A program made the translations under genes and the position numbers. The notes under the pieces were generated by a model. That model made no database searches and was not told where the DNA came from. It saw only the letters and a program-made list of their open reading frames with translations. From assembly GCF_043950625.1 (NCBI RefSeq), contig NZ_CP171007.1: a DNA stretch of 32,000 nucleotides. One strand, given 5' to 3'. Each line of letters opens with the position of its first letter. The stretch's first letter is position 1. This document shows, one piece after another, positions 1 to 7,259 of this stretch. The stretch comes from Alkanindiges sp. WGS2144. GTDB lineage: Bacteria > Pseudomonadota > Gammaproteobacteria > Pseudomonadales > Moraxellaceae.

Positions 1-662
1 AGCATCGTGACCGTATTGCCTTTATGCGCATTTGTTCAGGCCGTTATGAAAAAGGCCTGAAAATGAATCATGTACGGCTGGGTAAGGAGGTACGTATTAG
101 CGATGCCTTAACGTTTCTGGCCGGTGAGCGCGAGCATCTGGAAGAAGCCTGGCCGGGTGATATTATTGGCCTGCATAATCATGGCACCATTCAAATTGGT
201 GACACCTTTACCAGTGGCGAGAACTTGCATTTTACCGGTATTCCGCACTTTGCGCCTGAGCTGTTTCGCCGTGTGCGCCTAAAAGACCCATTAAAGTCCA
301 AGCAGCTGCAAAAAGGCTTAAAAGAGTTGTCCGAAGAAGGGGCAACCCAGGTGTTTATGCCGCAAATCAGTAATGACTTAATTGTAGGTGCGGTTGGGGT
401 GCTGCAATTTGACGTAGTGGCCTATCGCCTCAAGGAAGAGTACAAGGTAGATTGCGTGTATGAACCGATCAATGTTAATACAGTGCGCTGGATTCACTGT
501 GACGATGAAAAAATACTTAATGACTTCAAGAAAAAGGCGCATGATCAGTTGTCCATTGATGGCGGTGGTTATTTGACTTATCTGGCACCCAGCCGGGTAA
601 ACCTGCAACTCATGCAGGAGCGCTGGCCAGATATTGAATTCCGCTCTACCCGCGAGCATTAA
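1..662 (+). CDS. prfC: Peptide chain release factor 3 (RF3), C-terminal part; 5' end outside window
   Basis: Frame 3 is open from the window edge; the codons before the listed Met read HRDRIAF. The translation ([42 protein letters not shown], ending TREH) is collinear with my recollection of the E. coli PrfC C-terminus. Confidence 0.93.
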   Translation, partial: HRDRIAFMRICSGRYEKGLKMNHVRLGKEVRISDALTFLAGEREHLEEAWPGDIIGLHNHGTIQIGDTFTSGENLHFTGIPHFAPELFRRVRLKDPLKSKQLQKGLKELSEEGATQVFMPQISNDLIVGAVGVLQFDVVAYRLKEEYKVDCVYEPINVNTVRWIHCDDEKILNDFKKKAHDQLSIDGGGYLTYLAPSRVNLQLMQERWPDIEFRSTREH

Positions 663-702
663 TTTGCTGACTACGTTAACTTAAGGGATGATTAACTGAG
701 CG

Positions 703-834
703 ATGAAAGCACAGCCGTATAACACGTCGAGACTACTCAAACTGGGTTTGGTTGCCTTGGTGGCTTTATGTATGCCTCGTAGTGTGGCTAGTCCTGAGCT
801 GCGCCTTGTTAAACAAAATCGTAAAACAGAATAG
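703..834 (+). CDS. Candidate 43-aa small ORF with signal-peptide-like N-terminus (MKAQPYNTSRLLKLGLVALVALCMPRSVASPELRLVKQNRKTE)
   Basis: Hand-translated ATG(703)..TAG(832-834), below the ORF-track size cutoff. It has a basic n-region, a hydrophobic core and an SVA-S cleavage-like site. The RBS is weak and I recognise no homology. Confidence 0.2.
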   Translation: MKAQPYNTSRLLKLGLVALVALCMPRSVASPELRLVKQNRKTE

Positions 835-970
835 ACACAGTCATCCAATAGAAGTAGGCAACAATAGACACAGATTACAGATCATCAATAAAAGCTGCGC
901 TTATTACACATTAAATGATTAAGGTATCAACTAGAATAAGAACTTGTTTTTATAGGGGTTAACCGTATTT

Positions 971-1834
971 ATGAATAAAGTAATGCTAACATACCTGCTT
1001 GTATTAAGTAGCGGTATGATGACCACTGCCTGTCAGAAGCATAAGGAAGTGCCTGAAAAACCCGCCGCCAGTGATTCACAGTCTACCCCTCAGCCGCATC
1101 AGATGAGTGTAAAACAAGTGCCGGCTAATTATAAGTTACCTGCCTGTGAGGGTGAAGGATGCCCTGAAGTAGATATACAGCGCCTACAAACCAGCAACCA
1201 CTGGGTAAATCAGTTTGTAGACCGGGAGATTCTGCAACTATCCAGTGTCCAGTTAAGTGAAGAGCAGCCAAAACCCACCAGTATCCAGGATAATGTCGAT
1301 CGCTTTTTGCAGGCTGCCAAACAGGATAGCGCTGCAAGGGGAGCGCCTGTACCCTATAGTATGCAGGTAACGCCAGAGTATCTGGGTCAAAAAGGTGATA
1401 TTGCCCTGCTTAAAATTAGCGCAGCGTATTATACCGGGGGTGCCCATGGCAGCGCGCTGGATAATTACTATAATCTGGACTTAAAGCAAAAAAAACAGTT
1501 AGGTCTGGATGATATTCTGGTACCTGCCCAGCGCCAGCAATTGCATCAGCTGTTTTATCAGCAGTTTGTGGCCTGGATTAAAGAAAATGATGCCAAGACA
1601 GATCTGGATGAGTACGAGCAGACCTGGCCATTTAAGCTCACAGACAATTTTACCTTTGATCTGGACGGCCTCAAGCTATCGTATGCGCAATATGAAATTG
1701 GGCCGTACGTAGTCGGTATGCCAGAATTTACTGTTCCGTATGCGCAGTTAAACGGTATCATCAAGCCAGAATACCTTAAAGCGCCTGTCCAGCTTAATGT
1801 TCCCAAACAGCATGTCATTCCTGCCCCTGATTGA
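971..1834 (+). CDS. Lipoprotein with DUF3298/DUF4163 (RsiV/PdaC C-terminal-like) domain
   Basis: The N-terminus MNKVMLTYLLVLSSGMMTTAC has a signal peptide and a Cys in lipobox-like context. The YYTGGAHG motif is typical of the DUF3298 family. The gene overlaps the downstream tatD-like gene. Confidence 0.75.
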   Translation: MNKVMLTYLLVLSSGMMTTACQKHKEVPEKPAASDSQSTPQPHQMSVKQVPANYKLPACEGEGCPEVDIQRLQTSNHWVNQFVDREILQLSSVQLSEEQPKPTSIQDNVDRFLQAAKQDSAARGAPVPYSMQVTPEYLGQKGDIALLKISAAYYTGGAHGSALDNYYNLDLKQKKQLGLDDILVPAQRQQLHQLFYQQFVAWIKENDAKTDLDEYEQTWPFKLTDNFTFDLDGLKLSYAQYEIGPYVVGMPEFTVPYAQLNGIIKPEYLKAPVQLNVPKQHVIPAPD

Positions 1835-2663
1835 TACCCATACGCACTTTGATGGGTTAGAGTTTGATCACGACCGCCTAGAGCTCGCTGAGCTAGCCTG
1901 GCAGCGAGGTGTTAAGGCACTGGTGCTTATCGGCTTTTTGGCAGGTCGCTTTGATGATCTATTGCGGGTACAGCAGCAAATCAATCAGGCAGGCATGCCT
2001 CATCCACAGACATGGTTAGCGCCTGGGTTGCATCCTTTTTATATTACTGAGCATGCTGAACAGCATTTGCAGCAATTGGAACTGCTGCTTAAAAACTATT
2101 CTGTGGTTGCTATTGGTGAAATTGGTTTGGACACTTTTACCAAAGAACTAAAACAGCCGGAAGTTTTTGAGAAACAAAAACTGTTTTTCTCTGAGCAGCT
2201 TGATCTGGCTCAGCAATATGATCTGCCAGTATGTTTGCATATTCGTCGTGCTCATGCAGATACTCTGGCCATATTAAAACAGCATCACTTTAAAAATGGC
2301 GGCATTGCCCATGCTTTTGGAGGTGGCGTGCAGGAGGCCAGAGCTTTTATAAAAATGGGCTTTAAGCTGGGTGTCACGGGTCAGGTGACCAATCCCAATG
2401 CCAAACGTTTGCATGAGGTTATTCAGGCGGTCGGTGCAGAGCATTTAGTCATCGAAACAGATTGCCCCGACATGACGCCACTATGCTGTCAGGTTTCAAC
2501 CGAGTACCGTACCCGTAACACGCCAGCCAACCTGCCTTTTGTGCTGGATGGACTCAGTCTGGCATTAAATATGGATAAAAGCACGCTGGGCTGGCAGTTA
2601 TGGCAAAATAGCTGTGATGCCTTGAAACAGGACTGGATTTATCCATATGACCTCTCAAACTGA
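1812..2663 (+). CDS. TatD-family metal-dependent hydrolase/DNase
   Basis: The N-terminal IDTHTHFD metal-binding motif, GEIGLD, and the later HAFGG and ETDCP motifs fit the TatD/YjjV family. I prefer ATG 1812 (MSFLPLIDTHTH) over the TTG-type start at 1797. It overlaps the upstream lipoprotein gene and the downstream tcdA. Confidence 0.85.
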   Translation: MSFLPLIDTHTHFDGLEFDHDRLELAELAWQRGVKALVLIGFLAGRFDDLLRVQQQINQAGMPHPQTWLAPGLHPFYITEHAEQHLQQLELLLKNYSVVAIGEIGLDTFTKELKQPEVFEKQKLFFSEQLDLAQQYDLPVCLHIRRAHADTLAILKQHHFKNGGIAHAFGGGVQEARAFIKMGFKLGVTGQVTNPNAKRLHEVIQAVGAEHLVIETDCPDMTPLCCQVSTEYRTRNTPANLPFVLDGLSLALNMDKSTLGWQLWQNSCDALKQDWIYPYDLSN

Positions 2664-3429
2664 CTTTTTACCTGACCAATCAACTGATCATGACGAATAC
2701 GAACGCCGTTTTGCTGGTACAGCTAAAGTATATGGTGAACCAGCATTTAATGAGTTTGAGCAAGCCCATGTGATGGTCATTGGTATTGGCGGGGTAGGGT
2801 CGTGGGCTGCTGAAGCACTGGCGCGTAGCGGTATTGGTGAGCTAACACTTGTTGACATGGATGTGCTGGTTGCTTCCAACATTAACCGCCAACTACCTGC
2901 ATTAACTGAGACGTTTGGTTATGGGAAAGTTGACATCATGGCTAAACGCATAGCAGGCATTAATCCCAAAATTAAAATTAATCTGGTAGATGATTTTTTA
3001 ACACCGGATAACACTAAAGCGTTAGTTGAGCAATATCAGCCCAATCTGATTCTGGACTGTATTGATGATGTTAAAGCCAAACTGGCTTTGATTCTGCACT
3101 GTCGCTTTAATAAAATTCCACTTATTGTTTCAGGTGGTGCAGGCGGTAAACTAGACCCGCTAAAAATCCGCGTGGCTGATTTGTCCAGAACCGAGCAAGA
3201 CCCCATGCTGGCCAAAATCCGTAGTGAATTACGTAATAAGGGAATCTGTAAAAAACCGAAAGATAAATTTGGAATTACCTGTATTTATTCAATTGATAAT
3301 CCTTTTAGCTCACAAAATGTATGCGCAAGCGCTGGATTACGCTGTGGTGGTTATGGTTCAGCAATAACAGTGACGGCAAGTTTTGGTATGGTCGCAGCGG
3401 CTGAGGTGTTGAAGCGGTTGGCTAAATAA
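2647..3429 (+). CDS. tcdA: tRNA threonylcarbamoyladenosine dehydratase (ThiF/E1-like, CsdL/YgdL)
   Basis: RFAGTAKVYGE, VIGIGGVGSWAAEALARSGIGELTLVDMD and GGAGGKLDP are collinear with my recollection of E. coli TcdA. The ATG overlaps the tatD 3' end by 17 nt. Confidence 0.88.
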   Translation: MTSQTDFLPDQSTDHDEYERRFAGTAKVYGEPAFNEFEQAHVMVIGIGGVGSWAAEALARSGIGELTLVDMDVLVASNINRQLPALTETFGYGKVDIMAKRIAGINPKIKINLVDDFLTPDNTKALVEQYQPNLILDCIDDVKAKLALILHCRFNKIPLIVSGGAGGKLDPLKIRVADLSRTEQDPMLAKIRSELRNKGICKKPKDKFGITCIYSIDNPFSSQNVCASAGLRCGGYGSAITVTASFGMVAAAEVLKRLAK

Positions 3430-3485
3430 CCTAGATAAAAAATAATCCAGTCAAAAAATAGCCCAGTTATGATATTGCAGGTAAT

Positions 3486-3515
3486 AAAAAGCGGGCTAAA
3501 ATTAGCCCGCTTTTT
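3486..3515. terminator. Bidirectional rho-independent terminator between tcdA (+) and thiolase (-)
   Basis: Stem gcgggcta(3491-3498)/tagcccgc(3503-3510) with a 4-nt loop. An A-run lies upstream and a T-run downstream, so it works on both strands. Confidence 0.85.
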
Positions 3516-3528
3516 GAGGAAAATTAAA

Positions 3529-4707
3529 TTACATCAGCTCAATGGCAACCGCTGTCGCTTCGCCACCGCCAATACACAGTGCGGCAACGCCTCTTTTGCC
3601 GCCAGTGCGCTTTAGAGCATGGATCAGGCTCAGAATAATACGTGAACCCGTAGAACCAACCGGATGACCTAATGCACAAGCACCACCGTGAATATTCACT
3701 TTTTCAGCATCCAGGCTGTACTTGTCCATCGCTGCCATAGTCACCATGGCAAACGCTTCATTAATTTCCCACAAGTCGACTTCTTCTGCTGTCCAGCCTG
3801 CTTTATCCAGCACCTTTTGAATTGCGCCAACTGGTGCAATAGTAAATTCACTGGGATGTTGTGAGTTGCTGGAAGTAGCAACAATACGCGCCAGTGGTTG
3901 CAGGCCCTTGGCTTTTGCATTGCTCTCAGAGGTTAACACCAGTGCAGATGCACCATCAGAAATAGAGCTGGCATTAGCCGCAGTAATGGTTCCATCTTTG
4001 GCAAATGCAGGCTTTAGGCCAGGGATTTTATCCAGTTTGGCGTTTAAAGGCTGTTCGTCTTGCTCAACAACTTCTTCACCTTTACGGGTTTTTACAGTGA
4101 CCGGCGCAATTTCATCTTTAAAATAACCTTCGGTAATGGCAGTTTGGGCACGCTTTAGGGAGCGAATGGCAAAATCATCCATTTGCTCACGGCTATAGTT
4201 CATTTTGTTGGCCATGTCCTGAGCAAAAGATCCCATTAGACGACCAGTTTCAGCGTCTTCAAGCCCATCAAGGAACATATGATCCTTGATTTCACCATGA
4301 CCCATACGGAACCCACCACGAGCTTTAGCCAAAACATAAGGCGCATTGGTCATGGATTCCATACCACCTGCCACTACGACATTGGCACTACCGGCTTTGA
4401 TCATATCAGTTGCCTGCATCACCGCCTTCATGCCAGAGCCACATAGTTTATTAATGGTGACTGCACCAGTGTTATCCGGTAAGCCGGCCTTGCGCATAGC
4501 CTGACGGGCTGGTCCCTGTTTCAAGCCACCCGGTAGTACACAACCCATAATGACTTCTTCAATATCACTAGGTTGCAGGCCAGCACGTTGTACAGCTTCA
4601 CGAATGGCAACCGCACCAAGTTCAGGGGCTGTTACACTGGCTAATGCACCCTGAAAACCACCCATAGCAGTACGGGCACCATTTACAATCACAACGGATT
4701 CAGACAT
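3529..4707 (-). CDS. Acetyl-CoA C-acetyltransferase (thiolase II)
   Basis: MSESVVIVNGARTAMGGF, NKLCGSGMKA (active-site Cys), GHPVGSTG and CIGGGEA are thiolase signatures. I prefer ATG at 4707, preceded by AAGGAG at 8-nt spacing, over the ORF-track start at 4728. Confidence 0.92.
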   Translation of the reverse strand: MSESVVIVNGARTAMGGFQGALASVTAPELGAVAIREAVQRAGLQPSDIEEVIMGCVLPGGLKQGPARQAMRKAGLPDNTGAVTINKLCGSGMKAVMQATDMIKAGSANVVVAGGMESMTNAPYVLAKARGGFRMGHGEIKDHMFLDGLEDAETGRLMGSFAQDMANKMNYSREQMDDFAIRSLKRAQTAITEGYFKDEIAPVTVKTRKGEEVVEQDEQPLNAKLDKIPGLKPAFAKDGTITAANASSISDGASALVLTSESNAKAKGLQPLARIVATSSNSQHPSEFTIAPVGAIQKVLDKAGWTAEEVDLWEINEAFAMVTMAAMDKYSLDAEKVNIHGGACALGHPVGSTGSRIILSLIHALKRTGGKRGVAALCIGGGEATAVAIELM

Positions 4708-4831
4708 ATTCCACTCCTTGCAGGGCAACCAGGACAGGTATAAAACCAGTTCGCCCCATTTAAATTGGGCACAGTATACAAAAATATGGCTTGTACGGCG
4801 ATAAATTGATAGCGCTCATCAATTGCATATC

Positions 4832-5401
4832 CTAGCAGCGAATATTTCTACCGCTGGCAGTTTCATGGATACCGTCGCCATTACTGTCTTTTGAGGGACG
4901 AACATGGCCCATAGTGGATAAAATAATCAGACGATGCCATTGAGCCTGCTCTGCACAGTACCAGAAGCTGCCATTACTCATGTTCAGGCGTCCACGTTCA
5001 GGCTCAAATAACAGAACATTAGCCCGGGATAAACCCGCCCCGCGCCATTGCATGGAACCATATTTTAGTCGGGTAGGATGATGTTCAAGAATTTGTTCAG
5101 CTGCATCCAGGCTGCGATTCTTGTTCTGGTCAATAAATGTTAAAATTCCGGCGTTCCAGTTGTGATCACAAGTTAGCCTGTTGCTACTACCACAAAGTGC
5201 TATAGGCTGGTGCAAGGTAGAGGCTCTTGCCCGGGCTTGACTGAGCACTGGTTTAAAAACGCTGTAGAGCTGATTTGCCTCTTGTTTTCTTAACAATGAA
5301 GTAAAAAAAGGAATAGAAATCAGTACAGTAATAGAAATAACTGCCATCACTGTAACCAGTTCAAACAGAGTAAAACCGGTAAAAAATTTGCTAAATTTCA
5401 T
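4832..5401 (-). CDS. fimT: Type IV pilus minor pilin / pseudopilin of the FimT-GspH family
   Basis: The class III signal motif KFFTG|FTLFELVTVMAVISI (G-F-T-L-x-E) is followed by a ~170-aa GspH/FimT-sized globular part. The ORF-track start at 5416 is TTG; the ATG at 5401 gives a 9-aa leader. The symbol is tentative. Confidence 0.7.
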   Translation of the reverse strand: MKFSKFFTGFTLFELVTVMAVISITVLISIPFFTSLLRKQEANQLYSVFKPVLSQARARASTLHQPIALCGSSNRLTCDHNWNAGILTFIDQNKNRSLDAAEQILEHHPTRLKYGSMQWRGAGLSRANVLLFEPERGRLNMSNGSFWYCAEQAQWHRLIILSTMGHVRPSKDSNGDGIHETASGRNIRC

Positions 5402-5542
5402 TTTAAAGATACTCAAGATATGATTATTAAATAGAAAATAAGATTCATCTTTTTGAAATTAATCACTTATTTTCAGATGAGCATCATAGATAACTTAGAG
5501 TTAAAATAAAAGACGAATAATTTCTTTTAAGAATACAAAGTA

Positions 5543-5572
5543 TTGACTCTGCAACGTGAAACTTACTAAACT
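5543..5572 (+). promoter_or_regulatory. Candidate sigma70 promoter of ompA (TTGACT-18-TAAACT), giving a ~190-nt 5' UTR
   Basis: TTGACT at 5543-5548 and TAAACT at 5567-5572. It sits in a 355-bp AT-rich intergenic region upstream of ompA. No experimental support. Confidence 0.35.
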
Positions 5573-5771
5573 GCAACGGAAGATGTAAAAATTTTTATCA
5601 ATACTTCGCTCTATGGAGTAATTTCAAAACTCAGTCTATGAGTGATGGGTTACTTGAGGTAAGATGAAGACCTAAAAATGCTGGGAAAAATAGTTACTTA
5701 ACTATTCCAGTTAGCCGAACAATCAAGTAGGCTACATGAACAACAAATTTTTTAAACATCTGGAGGAATCC

Positions 5772-6941
5772 ATGAAACTGAGTCGTATCGCACTCGCCAT
5801 GTTAGTTGCAGCTCCATTTGCTGCTGCAAATGCTGGTGTAACTGTAACCCCATTAATGCTGGGCTACCACTGGTATCCAGAAGACACTCAAGACAAAATG
5901 CGTCAGGACGCTCTAAGAGATCGTACTCCTGGCAATACACTTGCTGATGCACCAGCTGGTGTTGCACTGGTTGATGACCTGGTAGTGGGTGCAGCTATTG
6001 GTTTAGAGCTGACTCCATGGTTACAGGCAGAAGTTGAATATCAGCAAACTAAAGGTGATGCTCAACAAAATGAGCGTCGTAATGACCAGTATGATAATGG
6101 CGCACGTGGGCAGCCATATGATGCCAAACATGAAACATTAAGTGGTAACTTTATTGCTACTACTGATGTATTCACTGGCAACTATGACAGCCGCATTAAG
6201 CCTTACGGTTTATTAGGTGCTGGTTATAGCCGCATTACTGTAGAAAAGCCAAATCGTGGCTATGACTACCGTTCTTATGACACCATTGGTAACCTGGGTG
6301 CCGGTGTTCTGTGGCAGTTGAACGATGCTTTAACTCTGCGTACTGAGGCTCGTGCTGTTCACAACTTCGATAACAACTGGTGGGAAGGCCAAGGTCTGGC
6401 AGCTCTGCAAGTAGTACTGGGCGGTCACCTAAAGCCTGCTGCTCCAGTTGCCCCAGTTGAGCCAGTTGCTCCACCACCACCACCTGTTGTAGTACCTGAG
6501 CCTCAGCCTGAGCCACAACAGCTGACTGAAGACCTGAAGATGGAACTGCGTGTATTCTTCGATACCAACAAGTCCAACATCAAAGATCAGTACAAGCCTG
6601 AAGTTGCTAAAGTTGCTGAGAAACTGCAAGAGTATCCAAATGCAACTGCTATGATCGAAGGTCATACTGACAACACTGGTCCACGCAAACTGAATGAGCG
6701 TCTGTCTGTAGCACGTGCGAATTCTGTGAAGTCTATGCTGGTTAATGAGTACAATATCGGTGCTGACCGTTTAACTACTCAAGGTTTTGCATGGGATCGC
6801 CCAATTGCACCGAACGATACTAAAGAAGGTCGTGCAATGAACCGTCGTGTATATGCAGTGATCACTGGTAGCCGTACTGTAACTGTTCCAGCGGATCAGG
6901 TACCTACTACTGCACCAGCTGCAAACGCTGCAACTGAATAA
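5772..6941 (+). CDS. ompA: Major outer membrane protein OmpA (Acinetobacter Omp38/OmpA type: N-terminal beta-barrel, Pro-rich hinge, OmpA_C peptidoglycan-binding domain)
   Basis: The signal peptide [21 protein letters not shown] and the C-terminal [69 protein letters not shown] closely match my recollection of A. baumannii OmpA. GGAGG lies 6 nt before ATG 5772; the ORF-track start at 5736 is rejected. Confidence 0.95.
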   Translation: MKLSRIALAMLVAAPFAAANAGVTVTPLMLGYHWYPEDTQDKMRQDALRDRTPGNTLADAPAGVALVDDLVVGAAIGLELTPWLQAEVEYQQTKGDAQQNERRNDQYDNGARGQPYDAKHETLSGNFIATTDVFTGNYDSRIKPYGLLGAGYSRITVEKPNRGYDYRSYDTIGNLGAGVLWQLNDALTLRTEARAVHNFDNNWWEGQGLAALQVVLGGHLKPAAPVAPVEPVAPPPPPVVVPEPQPEPQQLTEDLKMELRVFFDTNKSNIKDQYKPEVAKVAEKLQEYPNATAMIEGHTDNTGPRKLNERLSVARANSVKSMLVNEYNIGADRLTTQGFAWDRPIAPNDTKEGRAMNRRVYAVITGSRTVTVPADQVPTTAPAANAATE

Positions 6942-6955
6942 TTTTAAATTATCAG

Positions 6956-6989
6956 TTAAAAAATAGCCGCTTCGTGCGGCTATTTTTTA
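6956..6989. terminator. Bidirectional rho-independent terminator shared by ompA (+) and the rtcB-small ORF unit (-)
   Basis: Stem atagccgc(6963-6970)/gcggctat(6976-6983), flanked by an A-run on the left and a T-run on the right. Confidence 0.85.
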
Positions 6990-7064
6990 TGTTTCCAATA
7001 ATTGATCTCAGAAGAACAAACAGCGTTTTAATTCGGATAAAATCAGTCATCTATTGTTCCTCTA

Positions 7065-7232
7065 TCACATTTCATCCCACAGGTTTTTCTTTAATTGCTG
7101 TCTGGTTGCCCGGCGTTCGCGCATGCGTGCCACGTCAATATCCTGCTTTTGATGGACACCACCCTTATGCAATAAGGGATGCAGTGCCAGATGATTACGC
7201 TCCCGCGGTAGGGGCATTTTTTTGATTTTCAT
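7065..7232 (-). CDS. 55-aa highly basic protein of unknown function, coupled to rtcB (MKIKKMPLPRERNHLALHPLLHKGGVHQKQDIDVARMRERRATRQQLKKNLWDEM)
   Basis: ATG at 7232 is preceded by GGAG (7240-7243) at 7-nt spacing. The alternative GTG at 7256 is only 3 nt after the rtcB stop. The peptide has 14 K/R, 4 His and 6 acidic residues of 55. It ends ~75 nt before the bidirectional terminator. Confidence 0.55.
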   Translation of the reverse strand: MKIKKMPLPRERNHLALHPLLHKGGVHQKQDIDVARMRERRATRQQLKKNLWDEM

Positions 7233-7259
7233 GCTCTGACTCCATTTAGATAACACTAA

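Noticed and set aside
378-4126. Assorted 60-110-aa antisense ORFs within prfC, the lipoprotein gene, tcdA and the thiolase gene (e.g. 378..659 -, 1125..1337 -, 1558..1818 -, 2688..2882 -, 3866..4126 +)
   Set aside because: All are nested in or antisense to genes with strong family signatures. They lack RBSs and have skewed compositions typical of non-coding frames.
6974-7225. 83-aa plus-strand ORF downstream of ompA
   Set aside because: It starts inside the ompA terminator and is antisense to the rtcB-coupled small ORF. It has no RBS.
7065-7232. Calling the small basic ORF an ArfA ribosome-rescue factor
   Set aside because: The only resemblance is a short LALHPLLHK versus ALLHDPLFR stretch. 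The ArfA hallmark KGKGSY core is absent, and I cannot verify homology without a profile search. It is kept as a hypothesis only.
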